A stretch of DNA of 64,000 bases, taken from assembly GCA_029256105.1 (NCBI GenBank), contig JAQSYO010000013.1:16023-80022 (forward strand). Reading direction: 5' to 3'. Made by a program: the position numbers and the translations under genes. This DNA is from Herbinix sp. (GTDB lineage Bacteria; Bacillota; Clostridia; Lachnospirales; Lachnospiraceae). Within the stretch, counting starts at the first letter, position 1; each line of letters starts with the position of its first letter. Below the pieces are notes generated by a model. The model was not told the origin of the DNA. It did not search any database and saw nothing but the letters and a program-made list of their open reading frames with translations. Positions 1-10,686 of this stretch are shown here, one piece after another.

Positions 1-82
1 TACGCTTCCAATCATTGTACTTTATCCTTTCTTCCAAAGGTATTTTGTAAGCGGTGCACTTGTTGGCGGTGTCAAAGAATAA
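1..82 (+). CDS. 3' end of carbohydrate ABC transporter permease (partial)
   Basis: Frame from base 2 reads TLPIIVLYPFFQRYFVSGALVGGVKE*, a typical MalG/LplC-type permease C-terminus; not in ORF track. Confidence 0.85.
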   Translation, partial: TLPIIVLYPFFQRYFVSGALVGGVKE

Positions 83-102
83 TAGTAAAAGAGGAGGATT
101 TT

Positions 103-1719
103 ATGTCAAAGATTATGAGAAAATTGATGGGTGTTTTATTGGTATTAACGATAACAGCTGGTTTATTTACCGGATGTGCAAAAGACAAAGCTTCCGATGT
201 AAGCAACGATGGTACTAATGTGGAAACAACTCCAGGGGGAGAAGCTGCTTCAAACGGACCGGTGAAAGTATCACTCTATGTACCTAGCCGTTTGCCGGAT
301 AAAATCTATACAAAGGATACGATGACCTTCAAAACCTTAGCAGAAAAATGTAATATGGATTTTGATATTGAATCTGTATTCAGTGCACAAGCTGCTGAGC
401 GATTTGATGTTATTATCTCTACCGGTCAATTACCGGATATTATGGCTGGTGATAAACGTGATATAAATACATACGGTATGTCAGGGGCGTTCATGCCGCT
501 GGACGATTTAATAAATCAATATGCACCAAATATTAAGAAATATTTAGTGGATAACAAGGAAGTGTTGGCAGAAACCGCTGCTTCCGACGGAAAAATATAT
601 GCAATTCCCATGTTATCCGCTGTTCGTACAGCAATGGGTTATTGCATCCGACAGGATTGGTTAGACAAATTAGGGATGGAGGCGCCGGTTACGATAGATG
701 ACTGGTACAAGGTCTTGAAAGCCTTCAAAACGACTGATTTAAATGGCAATGGCGCTGGTGATGTTACTCCCTTGGTTCTGGATCGTGCCTGGGAAGCATA
801 TTACATGAATTTTGCAGATGCTTATGGCATTGAACTAAATGAGTGGAATGATTATTGGATGATTAAGGATGGAAAAATAGTATTTGCTCCTATTCAGCCA
901 GAGACAAAGGAATTCTTAGCAACAATGGCCAAGTGGTATACAGAAGGTCTCATTGATCCGGAATTCATCACCCGTGAGGACACCAATAATTATCACATTT
1001 TAAATAATAAAGCAGGTGCTACGTGCTATTGGACTGGTTACATCGCTGGACAAAATGTGAATGCAGAGGTATTAGCCAATGACCCAAATACCAATTGGCA
1101 GGTTGTTCAACCGCCGGTATTAGCAGTAGGGCAAGCACCCAGAACCTTTAGTCAGCAAGCACCTATCGTAAATATAGGAAGTTGGGCAATTTCCAGTTCT
1201 TCGGAGAAGGCGGTTGATATCATTAAGATGTTTGACTATGTTTATAGTGAAGAAGGCGCTAAGCTGTTTAACTTTGGTCTTGAAGGGGAAAGTTATGAAA
1301 TTGTTGATGGCCAACCGGATTACGTTGATGCTGTAAAAAATGCAGAAGGCGGTTTAGTTAATTGGATTCGTGGTAATGGACTTCAGGCATTAATTGGAAT
1401 GAGACAGATGCCGGAATATGAAGCAGCCTCCTGTGCGAATGAAGATGTAAAAAGACAATTATTCGAATATATCGAAAAGGACTACTTCTATCCGATTAAT
1501 CCGGAGTTAACCTTAACGCAAGAAGAAAAAGATATCTATGATGTAAAAATGAGTTCAATTAAAACCAATGCTCAGGAAGAATTGCTTAAATTCTTTATTG
1601 GTACAAGACCAATTGATGAGTTTGATGCCTTCGTAAGTAGAATCAATGAACTAGGTGTAGAAGAGATGGCAGTATTAGAAAACCAAGCTTATGATAGATA
1701 CAAATCAATAGCGGAATAG
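103..1719 (+). CDS. Sugar ABC transporter substrate-binding lipoprotein (LplA-like)
   Basis: Lipobox FTGC, GQLPDI and DGKIYAIP, IRQDWLDKLG motifs; RBS GAGGAGG. Confidence 0.9.
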   Translation: MSKIMRKLMGVLLVLTITAGLFTGCAKDKASDVSNDGTNVETTPGGEAASNGPVKVSLYVPSRLPDKIYTKDTMTFKTLAEKCNMDFDIESVFSAQAAERFDVIISTGQLPDIMAGDKRDINTYGMSGAFMPLDDLINQYAPNIKKYLVDNKEVLAETAASDGKIYAIPMLSAVRTAMGYCIRQDWLDKLGMEAPVTIDDWYKVLKAFKTTDLNGNGAGDVTPLVLDRAWEAYYMNFADAYGIELNEWNDYWMIKDGKIVFAPIQPETKEFLATMAKWYTEGLIDPEFITREDTNNYHILNNKAGATCYWTGYIAGQNVNAEVLANDPNTNWQVVQPPVLAVGQAPRTFSQQAPIVNIGSWAISSSSEKAVDIIKMFDYVYSEEGAKLFNFGLEGESYEIVDGQPDYVDAVKNAEGGLVNWIRGNGLQALIGMRQMPEYEAASCANEDVKRQLFEYIEKDYFYPINPELTLTQEEKDIYDVKMSSIKTNAQEELLKFFIGTRPIDEFDAFVSRINELGVEEMAVLENQAYDRYKSIAE

Positions 1720-1728
1720 ACCTATAAT

Positions 1729-1760
1729 ATGAATGGAAGGCTATCAAGCCTTCCATTCAT
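1729..1760 (+). terminator. Stem-loop after SBP gene (terminator or mRNA stabiliser)
   Basis: ATGAATGGAAGGCT-ATCA-AGCCTTCCATTCAT perfect inverted repeat. Confidence 0.65.
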
Positions 1761-1823
1761 TATTCAAGGACCTGGAAAGCTCAATTGAAAGATAGGAAAC
1801 GGAGTAAGAGAAGGAGAAGCTTT

Positions 1824-3254
1824 ATGATCAAGTTTGGTACAGGCGGATGGAGAGCTATCATTGGAGATGAATTTACCAGGCAAAATATTATTTTGTTAGC
1901 TCAAGCTATGGCGTTGTATATGAAAGAACAATACAAAGAGAAAAAATTGAGTCAACCGATAGAACTTGTGATTGGATATGACAGACGTTTTCTGTCACAA
2001 AAGGCGGCTGTGTGGATTAGTGAAGTTATGGCGGCGAACGAGATTGTGGTGTATTTAATTAATGAAGTAGCACCAACACCGTTGATAATGTACGCCATTG
2101 ATAAGCTTCATTTACAGTATGGTATGGCGGTAACGGCAAGTCATAATTCTTATGATTATAATGGAGTTAAGTTTTTTGCGGATGGAGGTAAAGACGCAAC
2201 GAAGGAAACTACGGATCGATTAGAACAGTATTGTAAAGGTTTGAAGGAAACAGAGATTGCTATAATCGATTATGAAGAAGCGTTAAGATGTGAAAAAATT
2301 AAACTTCTTGATCCTTTTAATGATTATATAGACAATATATTAAAGAACATTGATGTACAGAAAATAAAGGAACGGCGCTTGAAAATTTTAGTGGATCCTA
2401 TGTATGGTGTCGCAAAGACCTGTCTGCAAACAGTTTTAATCTCTGCAAGATGTGAGACGGATGTGATTAATGATAGGCAGGATCCGTTATTTGGGGGACG
2501 ATTACCCTCCCCGGCAGCCCATACCTTGAATAAACTAAAGGATATGATATTGGAAAAAAAATACGACTTGGGAATAGCAACCGATGGAGATGCAGATCGG
2601 TTGGGCGTAATTGATGAAAAGGGTAGCTTTATTCATCCCAATGATATTTTAGTGCTTTTATATTATTATTTATTAGAATATAAAGGATTAAAAGGCGGAG
2701 TGGTAAGAAATGTAGCTACAACGCATCTTTTGGATCGTATTGCTATTGATCATGGCGAAACCTGTTATGAGGTACCGGTAGGATTTAAGCATATCAGTAG
2801 TGGAATGGAAGAAAAACAAGCCATAATTGGTGGGGAAAGCAGCGGTGGTTTAACAATTAAAGGTCATATTCGCGGGAAAGACGGAATTTTTGCCGCTAGT
2901 TTGATGGTAGAACTTATATGTGTGACGCAAAAAGGGTTATCTGAATTATTAGAGGATATCCATTTACGATATGGAAAGCTGTGGATGGAAGAACGTAATT
3001 ATTCCTTTAGCGAGGAAAAGAAACAAGATTTATATAACCTACTGTTTCTCGAAAAAAAATTACCAAACTATAAACAAATTATAAAAAGAATTAATTATGA
3101 AGATGGACTGAAAATTTATTTTGAAAATGACGGCTGGATCATTGTTCGCTTTTCAGGAACAGAACCGGTGCTACGTATTTATTCCGAGATGGAAACGGAT
3201 GAAATGGTTCATCAGGTTACACAGCAAATGGAAGATTTCTTGCTTTTAAATTAA
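1824..3254 (+). CDS. Phosphoglucomutase/phosphomannomutase family protein
   Basis: IKFGTGGWR, TASHN phosphoserine motif, DGDADR metal loop, GESSG, RFSGTEP; ATG 1824 follows AAGGAG. Confidence 0.92.
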   Translation: MIKFGTGGWRAIIGDEFTRQNIILLAQAMALYMKEQYKEKKLSQPIELVIGYDRRFLSQKAAVWISEVMAANEIVVYLINEVAPTPLIMYAIDKLHLQYGMAVTASHNSYDYNGVKFFADGGKDATKETTDRLEQYCKGLKETEIAIIDYEEALRCEKIKLLDPFNDYIDNILKNIDVQKIKERRLKILVDPMYGVAKTCLQTVLISARCETDVINDRQDPLFGGRLPSPAAHTLNKLKDMILEKKYDLGIATDGDADRLGVIDEKGSFIHPNDILVLLYYYLLEYKGLKGGVVRNVATTHLLDRIAIDHGETCYEVPVGFKHISSGMEEKQAIIGGESSGGLTIKGHIRGKDGIFAASLMVELICVTQKGLSELLEDIHLRYGKLWMEERNYSFSEEKKQDLYNLLFLEKKLPNYKQIIKRINYEDGLKIYFENDGWIIVRFSGTEPVLRIYSEMETDEMVHQVTQQMEDFLLLN

Positions 3255-3294
3255 TTCCATATAAGTGATGGTTTATTTAGAAAGGATGTTTTTT

Positions 3295-5904
3295 GTGAAG
3301 GAATTCATTGAGCATATCAATTTTTATGAAGAGCAGTTTGATAAAATATATAATAATGAAAATAGTAATAAAGATAAAGCAATGCCTGGTAATACATATT
3401 TTTTGGACGATGGCAGTATCTTAAGCATACCTCGTAGTGATGGGGATAATCGATTTCCCTATGGAGAGCAGGGCTTCAACTTCTGGACTTATGCATCGGG
3501 GTATATGCATGCGAATGAAGGACTTTTTTCCCCTTTCTTGAGAGCGAATGAAGGACAAGAACCTAAGATTGCCTTTTTTGCAGGGTGGAAGGGGCAAGAA
3601 AAGTACGAGGTTCTATCCCTTATGGCGGTTCCTAAATTAGAGGAAGATTGTATTGATGAGATAATACGATATACGGTTTTTACGAAAGTCTATACCTATT
3701 ATATTACAAAAGCCAAGGAAATGCGCTTTACCGTTCGTGTTTTTGTTGATGAGGGGAAGCATATGTATTTTTCTATTATGATACAAAATTTAAGTAATCA
3801 TAAACAAGAATTATATGTGTCCACTTATCTTAATCCATTTTTATGCAATAAAATTTATGAAACCTCGGAAAGCAGATGGTTTAGAAAAGCGGAATTTATT
3901 GAGAGTGCTTCTACAGATACGGGCCATTTCATATTCAGTATCAATGAAGATTTATCTCGTACGGTATCGGTAACGAATTTTGGCGTTATCAATCGAAGTC
4001 TTACTTTAGAAGGAGATAGTCTACTGCTCAAACAAGAGGCAACAACCTCAAGATACCAATATGTAGGAGGTGCCTATAGCAGTTTACACACCGCAGCTTC
4101 ATTAAAACAGGGTTATTTCCAGGGGGTAAAGCATGTTACTTCTTTTAATGACACTGCGATTGCCGGAGAAATAATTCATCTAGAAGTTGCTCCTAAGAAA
4201 TTAGTACAAATGGATATGGAATTTAGCTATGTGGTTCATTCAGATAATTCAGAGGGGTATCAAGCATTACATAGAAAAGTAGAGCCTGCCTTAATTGAGG
4301 ATTTAGTAAATAGCTGTATAAATAAAAATAATTCAGAAAATACATCACTGAAGGGTATTTTTGGTGAAGCCGTTCATGACGATTATAATGGAAAGATAAT
4401 TACTACGTTTTTTGATTATCTTAAGAAGCAGGTAGAGTTTTGCTCCTTAATTAAGGGATATGTTCAATTATCGGAAGGTTCCTTGATTGGTATTCGGGAT
4501 GTGTTTCAAGCGATTGAAGGTATGCTTTATTTTAAACCGGAGCAGGCGAGAATTAAGATATTGGAGGCTTTGGGTTTTATTGCTCCAAATGGTAGATGTC
4601 CTAGACAATATACCTTGCCAATAAATGATAAGACCAATCCAATCATGGATTTAAGACAATTCATTGATCAGGGAGTTTGGGTTATCAATACCATCGTTAC
4701 TTATCTTAAATTCACTGGGGATTTTACGATACTCGAAGAACTTTGCGGGTATTATGAAATAGTAGATGAAAAGCTGAAAATAGTACATAAAAGTGATTTA
4801 AAAGATAATGTTCTATCCCATATGCTACGAATTATGGATTATCTGCTTCAAAGTAAAGACCTGGTGACCGGATGCATTCGAACTCTTTATGGTGATTGGA
4901 ACGATGCACTGGATGGCTTAGGCGTGAGCAGAGATGGCAAGGAGGAGTTTGGCAGCGGAGTTTCTGTAATGGTTACCTTACAGGTCTATCAAAATCTTCA
5001 GGAAATGATAGAACTTCTTGGCTTACTTGAAGGTTATGAGCAAACTAGAATAACCTACACTAAAGCCTTGGAGGATATTGAGAAAGCACTTAAGAAACAG
5101 GCTATCATAATCCATGAAAATGGAGAGCAACGTATTGTTCATGGCTGGGGAGATCAACAATCCTATTATGTCGGCGGTTTCACGGATCCGGATGGTAAAT
5201 CAAGATATGGATTAACCTCTAATGCTTTTTGGGTTATTAGCGGCTTATACCGGACAGATACTAGCATAAAGAATACCATATTGTTAGCCTTTGACCATCT
5301 AGATTCAAAATATGGCCTGAAAACGTTTGAGCCATATTTTTCGCAGAATACACCCGGTGTGGGTCGCATTTATAAATTACCGCCGGGAACTGCTGAAAAT
5401 GGTGCTGCTTATATCCATGCTACAGCGTTTGGGATAATGGCACTTTTTATGATGGGAGAACCAAAAAGGGCTTGGATTCAGCTGAGGAAGATTTTTCCGT
5501 TTACGCATCAACAAATATCCTGCTCCCCCTATGTAATGCCAAACTCCTATGGAGATAATACAGCGTTAAATATTAATGGAGAATCCATGCAAGATTGGCA
5601 GACAGGGAGTTCAAATGTTGTGCTAAAAATAATAATCAGATTCATTTTTGGATTTCAACCGGAATATGGAGGTTTTCTCCTTCAACCAGCATCGTGGATA
5701 CCTTTCAATACTTATTTATTGGATATTGTATATCAAGGTACGTTGATACATATCAGTTATAACAATAAGAAGGCAGGAAAACGAAGCTTTATGGTAAATA
5801 ACAATATGCTTTTAGGTATATATGATGAATATTTAGGTACTGACAAGCTGTGGATTGAAAAACATAATTTAGGAGATGTTTTGGATATAATTATTGAAGA
5901 TTAA
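3295..5904 (+). CDS. GH94 glycoside phosphorylase (specificity unknown)
   Basis: GIRDVFQ, GDWNDALD catalytic motif, ENGAAYIHA, WQTGSS; GTG 3295 after AAAGGA preferred over ORF-track start 3265. Confidence 0.85.
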   Translation: MKEFIEHINFYEEQFDKIYNNENSNKDKAMPGNTYFLDDGSILSIPRSDGDNRFPYGEQGFNFWTYASGYMHANEGLFSPFLRANEGQEPKIAFFAGWKGQEKYEVLSLMAVPKLEEDCIDEIIRYTVFTKVYTYYITKAKEMRFTVRVFVDEGKHMYFSIMIQNLSNHKQELYVSTYLNPFLCNKIYETSESRWFRKAEFIESASTDTGHFIFSINEDLSRTVSVTNFGVINRSLTLEGDSLLLKQEATTSRYQYVGGAYSSLHTAASLKQGYFQGVKHVTSFNDTAIAGEIIHLEVAPKKLVQMDMEFSYVVHSDNSEGYQALHRKVEPALIEDLVNSCINKNNSENTSLKGIFGEAVHDDYNGKIITTFFDYLKKQVEFCSLIKGYVQLSEGSLIGIRDVFQAIEGMLYFKPEQARIKILEALGFIAPNGRCPRQYTLPINDKTNPIMDLRQFIDQGVWVINTIVTYLKFTGDFTILEELCGYYEIVDEKLKIVHKSDLKDNVLSHMLRIMDYLLQSKDLVTGCIRTLYGDWNDALDGLGVSRDGKEEFGSGVSVMVTLQVYQNLQEMIELLGLLEGYEQTRITYTKALEDIEKALKKQAIIIHENGEQRIVHGWGDQQSYYVGGFTDPDGKSRYGLTSNAFWVISGLYRTDTSIKNTILLAFDHLDSKYGLKTFEPYFSQNTPGVGRIYKLPPGTAENGAAYIHATAFGIMALFMMGEPKRAWIQLRKIFPFTHQQISCSPYVMPNSYGDNTALNINGESMQDWQTGSSNVVLKIIIRFIFGFQPEYGGFLLQPASWIPFNTYLLDIVYQGTLIHISYNNKKAGKRSFMVNNNMLLGIYDEYLGTDKLWIEKHNLGDVLDIIIED

Positions 5905-5955
5905 GTAGGGACACTTTGACAGTGTCGACCTCGATAACGTAAGCTATAAATATGT

Positions 5956-6000
5956 AGTGCTTATTCCAGAAGGAAAGTTCTGTAATAAGCACTATTTTTC
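5956..6000 (+). terminator. Rho-independent terminator
   Basis: AGTGCTTATT...AATAAGCACT stem followed by T run. Confidence 0.7.
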
Positions 6001-6215
6001 GCTTTTTGTAATTCATGAGTTTTGCTTCACGATTGATCCTTTCCAAAGTGTTTTAAGTTTCTTCGAACCTCGTTTTGTATCGTAATATATATAATAATTA
6101 GTTCAAGCAATTGAAAATAACAGAAAACATGATATAATTTAATCAAGTAGAGTAATATTATGTCGAAATTTAAATATAAATTATAAAATTTTAAATTTAA
6201 AGAGGAGATAAACAA

Positions 6216-7958
6216 ATGACATTTTTAAAAAATTGGAAAGTTTCAATGAAGCTGCAATTATTAATGTTACCAGCAGTATTACTTACATTATTCATCCTAT
6301 TTCAGTTTGGCTATCAATCTAATCTTATTAGTAAGACAGCAAAGGAGACCTATTATGACAAGGTCTATGTAAACACAGCATTAATACTGAACGCGGACCG
6401 AGACTTTTATCAGGCTGAGATAGCGGAGAGAACTTATTTATTATCCGGTGAAACTATGAAGGAAGATAGTAAGGAAAGTTTGCTTGCAGATTATACTGAA
6501 AACTATGGACAAGTTTTAGAAAGAGTCGATACGGCTATTGCGAACCTGAAGAAAGATCCGGAGCTTTTTATGGAGTTTAAACATTCTGCAACCCAGTCCA
6601 CGTTATCAGAGCAGTATGAGCAGTTCAACGATCATTTTAATGAGTGGCTTATTGCTTATGATCTTAAGACCGGAGAGGGAGACCTACAAGCAAAGGACAT
6701 TTCGTTTGAGGCAGCAAGAGAAGAACTTAATGTAATGACGGAACTACTAGATGAGTATAGTGTTCAAGCAGAAGAGGAGATTCAACATTCTGTCATAGTT
6801 AAAATCATCACGCTTTCTGTAATTATCTTGGCAGTAGCAATATTAATTTCCTTGTTAGCGGCATACATAGTGAAATATTTAAGAAAGAATATAGAAAAAT
6901 TAACTCTTGATATGAATGCTCTTGCAGAAAACAACTTAGCCTTTGAACCGCATATAACCAACAGTAAAGATGAATTAGGTACTTTAGCCACATCCATATC
7001 TACTTTGATTTATTCCTTACGTGGTATTGTGATCAAACTATCACAGACTTCAGAGCAATTGGCACAATCCTCCAGTGCCATGAGAAATAACTCTGATGAG
7101 GTAACTACTTCAATGAATGAAATAGCTAAAACAGTCGGAGAAATTGCAGAAGGTGCCTCAAGTCAAGCGGAGGATGCACAGCGATTAGTTCTAGAAATAG
7201 CTAATCTTGGAGATTGCGTAAATAAAAGTTCGGTCAGTGCAAAGGAACTATCAGCTTCAAGTCAAAAAATAAAGTTCGCAAGTCAGGAAGGGTTGAACTC
7301 GGTTAATCAATTAGAAGAAATAACGTTGAAGAATCAAAGTGCATTCCAATCCATATTTAATATTATCGATATTACCAGCGAAAGTGCAGGTAAAATCGGA
7401 GAAGCTACAGCAATGATTTCCGATATTGCAAAGCGAACAAAGCTATTGGCATTGAATGCTTCCATTGAAGCTGCAAGTTCAGGGGAAGCCGGTAAGGGAT
7501 TTGCTGTTGTTGCTGAAGAAATTCGTAAATTATCCGAACAGTCAAAGAATTCAACTATGGTAATTGATCAGATGTTAAGTGAATTAAAGCTTAATATAGT
7601 TACAGCCAGTGAGCAAAGTAGCTTGGTAAAGAATGCGGTACAACTTCAGACTACTAGTGTAGGCGACACAAAGGATAAATATATTGCAATCGTAAGTGCA
7701 TTAGACAATATAAATAGAGAAATTATTACGCTGGATTCTGTTTCAATAGATATGGAACTCAGCCGAGCAAACGTTGCAGATATTGGTTCAAGTGTCTCCG
7801 CAATTTCTGAAGAATATGCGGCGAGCACACAGGAAACATCAGCGACTACTGAGGAGGTCTTGGCGGCTATGACCAATATAAATCAAATCGGGCAGGAAGT
7901 TGACCTGTTAGTTATAGAATTAAAGGAATTAATTGATAAGTTCAAGATTAATCGGTAG
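6216..7958 (+). CDS. Methyl-accepting chemotaxis protein
   Basis: Two TM segments, HAMP (SKDELGTL), signalling hairpin [30 protein letters not shown]. Confidence 0.95.
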   Translation: MTFLKNWKVSMKLQLLMLPAVLLTLFILFQFGYQSNLISKTAKETYYDKVYVNTALILNADRDFYQAEIAERTYLLSGETMKEDSKESLLADYTENYGQVLERVDTAIANLKKDPELFMEFKHSATQSTLSEQYEQFNDHFNEWLIAYDLKTGEGDLQAKDISFEAAREELNVMTELLDEYSVQAEEEIQHSVIVKIITLSVIILAVAILISLLAAYIVKYLRKNIEKLTLDMNALAENNLAFEPHITNSKDELGTLATSISTLIYSLRGIVIKLSQTSEQLAQSSSAMRNNSDEVTTSMNEIAKTVGEIAEGASSQAEDAQRLVLEIANLGDCVNKSSVSAKELSASSQKIKFASQEGLNSVNQLEEITLKNQSAFQSIFNIIDITSESAGKIGEATAMISDIAKRTKLLALNASIEAASSGEAGKGFAVVAEEIRKLSEQSKNSTMVIDQMLSELKLNIVTASEQSSLVKNAVQLQTTSVGDTKDKYIAIVSALDNINREIITLDSVSIDMELSRANVADIGSSVSAISEEYAASTQETSATTEEVLAAMTNINQIGQEVDLLVIELKELIDKFKINR

Positions 7959-7975
7959 TAATCCGGTAATTGAAA

Positions 7976-8008
7976 GCGGGCTGTTCCTAGCGAACAGCTC
8001 TTTTTTGT
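7976..8008 (+). terminator. Rho-independent terminator
   Basis: GGGCTGTTC-CTAGC-GAACAGCTC followed by T run. Confidence 0.7.
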
Positions 8009-8140
8009 GCTGAATCATAATAAAATTTAGGATTTTTTCCAAAAGATACCACATGCATTTTGCGACGATATGGTATATAATAAATACGTAATAAATTTAA
8101 CATATCCGTAACAAATGGTTGACTTACCTATGGAGGGTTT

Positions 8141-9313
8141 ATGATAACAACACAGAAGATTGCAACGTACTTATTAATAGGAACATTAGCTCTGACGGGA
8201 AAGGCTGCTGTGGCACAAGCATCTGAGGCACAGGCATCTGAGGTACCAATAGCCGGTATTACCTTGTCGTTAAATGAATTATATCATAATACAAAAAGCG
8301 CTGACAAAGAAATTGCACAAATATTAGCTGAAACAACAGATAGTGGTCTCGCCTTTGCGCAGGTTACAAATTATGTAAACATCAGAAGCAAAGCAAACGA
8401 GGATGGCGAAATTCTAGGAAAGCTTTATAATAATTCGGCAGCAACAATTGTTGCGAAGGATGGGGATTGGTATCAAATTAAATCCGGAAGCGTAACAGGA
8501 TACATAAAAGCAGAATTTCTCAAAACAGGGAAAGATGCAGAAGAAATAGCAAAAACGGTGGGAAGCAGATTGGCAACTGTAACAACTACTACCTTAAAGG
8601 TTAGGGAGAAGGCTTCTCAGGAATCAACGATTCTAACCTTAGTACCGGACGGTGATGAGCTTGAGGTATTAAAAGAAACGGATGGATGGATAAAGGTATC
8701 CATCGATCAAAACACCAAAGGCTATGTTTCTGCCGATTATGTGAATTTATGGACAGAATATGAAGAAGCGGTATCCATTGAAGAGGAACAAGAAAGATTA
8801 GAAGAAGAAGAGGCTGCAGCAAAGGAAGCAGAAAGGGATAGAATTAGTAATTCAAATTCTTCAAGCTCCTCGAATAGTAGTTCTTCAAGTAGTAACTCTT
8901 CCAGTAATAGTTCCTCCAGTAATAGCTCTTCCAGTAACAATTCCTCCAGCTCATCCCTTAGGAGCAAAATTGTATCCTATGCATTACAATTTGAAGGAAA
9001 TCCTTATGTTTGGGGAGGTACAAGCTTATCCAATGGAGCGGACTGTTCTGGCTTTACCCAATCTGTATTAGCACACTTTGGAATATATATTCCGCGAACC
9101 TCAAGGACTCAGGCAAATGGTGGAAGTAAAGTATCGCTCGATAATCTGCGACCTGGTGATCTGATCTTTTACGCAAAGAACGGATCCATCAATCATGTGG
9201 CGCTTTACATAGGTAATGGTCAAGTTATTAGTGCAAGTAGCCCTAGCACAGGAATTCGGATTGCTAATTATGATTATAGACAACCTGTGAAAGCAAGAAG
9301 CTATCTCAATTAA
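8141..9313 (+). CDS. SH3b-domain NlpC/P60 cell-wall endopeptidase
   Basis: Signal peptide, two SH3b repeats (VNIRS..GWYQI; LKVRE..GWIKV), Ser/Asn linker, PYVWGG..DCSGF..HVALY. Confidence 0.92.
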   Translation: MITTQKIATYLLIGTLALTGKAAVAQASEAQASEVPIAGITLSLNELYHNTKSADKEIAQILAETTDSGLAFAQVTNYVNIRSKANEDGEILGKLYNNSAATIVAKDGDWYQIKSGSVTGYIKAEFLKTGKDAEEIAKTVGSRLATVTTTTLKVREKASQESTILTLVPDGDELEVLKETDGWIKVSIDQNTKGYVSADYVNLWTEYEEAVSIEEEQERLEEEEAAAKEAERDRISNSNSSSSSNSSSSSSNSSSNSSSSNSSSSNNSSSSSLRSKIVSYALQFEGNPYVWGGTSLSNGADCSGFTQSVLAHFGIYIPRTSRTQANGGSKVSLDNLRPGDLIFYAKNGSINHVALYIGNGQVISASSPSTGIRIANYDYRQPVKARSYLN

Positions 9314-9348
9314 TAACATAATTTAATACCAAAAGGTATACGATATCA

Positions 9349-9393
9349 AGAGCATCGCAAATTACTTATTGTAGTTGGCGATGCTCTTTTTTG
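9349..9393 (+). terminator. Rho-independent terminator
   Basis: AGAGCATCGC...GCGATGCTCT followed by T run. Confidence 0.75.
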
Positions 9394-9578
9394 AATAATT
9401 TATATAATAATACACGAAACACTGGACAAAAGGAATTGTTTTGAATTATGATAAAGGTAAATTATAGGATATTATATCAGGAAATGATAAAATTAATATT
9501 ATATTTTAGTGTAAAGTCATATGAAACGATTAGAATATACTATAGTTAAGAGCATAACAGTTAGAAGGAGGAATTACT

Positions 9579-10388
9579 ATGGATTGGTTTACATCATTAA
9601 ATCCAGTATTACAAGCGTTAATGGCAACGCTATTTACTTGGTTTGTAACTGCATTAGGAGCAGCAACTGTATTTGTATTTAAAAGTATCAATAAAAAAGT
9701 ATTGAACGGAATGCTGGGATTTGCCGCCGGAGTTATGATTGCTGCAAGTTTTTGGTCATTATTAGCACCAGCAATATCTATGGCAGAAGAATCCGGTATG
9801 GTTGCTTGGGTACCTGCTGTTATCGGTTTCTTAGCAGGAGGAGCTTTTCTATGGCTTGTAGATGTGCTTATGCCACATCTTCACATAGGACCCCAGGAAG
9901 AACCTGAGGGAGTAAAAACTAGTTGGCAAAGAAGCATTCTATTGGTATTAGCAATTACATTACACAATATCCCAGAAGGGCTTGCAGTAGGTGTGGCTTT
10001 TGGTGCTGCGGCAGCTAACTTCCCCGCAGCTACCTTAACAGGAGCAATCGCACTTGCCTTAGGTATCGGACTACAGAATTTCCCGGAAGGCGCAGCAGTA
10101 TCAGTACCGTTACGAAGAGAAGGCCTATCCCGTATGAAAAGCTTTGTTTACGGTCAGGCGTCCGGTTTGGTAGAGCCAATCGCAGGTGTACTTGGTGCAT
10201 TTGCTGTTATCACAATAAAGCCACTCCTGCCTTATGCTTTATCCTTTGCAGCAGGTGCCATGATCTATGTTGTGGTAGAAGAATTAATACCGGAGGCGCA
10301 ACAGGGAAACCATCATTCCAACATAGGAACAATCGGGGCAATGATTGGTTTTGCGATTATGATGTTACTGGATGTAGCACTTGGTTAA
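9579..10388 (+). CDS. ZIP family metal transporter (GufA/ZupT-like)
   Basis: [10 protein letters not shown] and LQNFPEG motifs, multiple TM helices. Confidence 0.93.
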   Translation: MDWFTSLNPVLQALMATLFTWFVTALGAATVFVFKSINKKVLNGMLGFAAGVMIAASFWSLLAPAISMAEESGMVAWVPAVIGFLAGGAFLWLVDVLMPHLHIGPQEEPEGVKTSWQRSILLVLAITLHNIPEGLAVGVAFGAAAANFPAATLTGAIALALGIGLQNFPEGAAVSVPLRREGLSRMKSFVYGQASGLVEPIAGVLGAFAVITIKPLLPYALSFAAGAMIYVVVEELIPEAQQGNHHSNIGTIGAMIGFAIMMLLDVALG

Positions 10389-10435
10389 AGCTTAATACTT
10401 GAACTTTGTCAGGCAGAAGATAGATTTACAGAAAT

Positions 10436-10485
10436 AAAAAACATCCTCATCAGTTGAAAATTCAATTGATGAAGATGTTTTTTTA
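10436..10485. terminator. Bidirectional terminator between convergent genes
   Basis: AAAAAACATCCTCATCAGTTGAA...TTCAATTGATGAAGATGTTTTTT. Confidence 0.75.
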
Positions 10486-10526
10486 TAATAGCTTAAGATA
10501 TAAATATTTGTATTAAAGGTTAATGG

Positions 10527-10670
10527 CTATTCTTCCGAGTCTTGTTTTTTCTTACCAGCGGAAAATTTAGCTAGCAGCATTACGATAAAGGTTAGTATAA
10601 GGATTACTATAAAAATGGAAAGCATTCCTTTTCCCATTATTTCTAAGGAATAGATAAAATTCTGGTTCAT
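10527..10670 (-). CDS. Small single-TM protein, OadG-like gamma subunit of Na+-translocating decarboxylase (47 aa)
   Basis: MNQNFIYSLEIMGKGMLSIFIVILILTFIVMLLAKFSAGKKKQDSEE*, RBS AAAGGAG, directly downstream of the beta subunit; below ORF-track cutoff. Confidence 0.8.
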   Translation of the reverse strand: MNQNFIYSLEIMGKGMLSIFIVILILTFIVMLLAKFSAGKKKQDSEE

Positions 10671-10686
10671 AATATGCTCCTTTCAA

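Noticed and set aside
6143-6169. Sigma-D promoter for the MCP (TCAAG..GTCGAAAT)
   Set aside because: Only a partial match to TAAA-N15-GCCGATAT; too weak to call
8087-8112. WalR box upstream of NlpC/P60
   Set aside because: TTTAAC-N5-CGTAAC has mismatches in both half-sites; not distinguishable from chance in AT-rich DNA
8737-8967. Glu/Leu-repeat ORF on the minus strand
   Set aside because: Antisense shadow of the Ser/Asn linker of the NlpC/P60 protein
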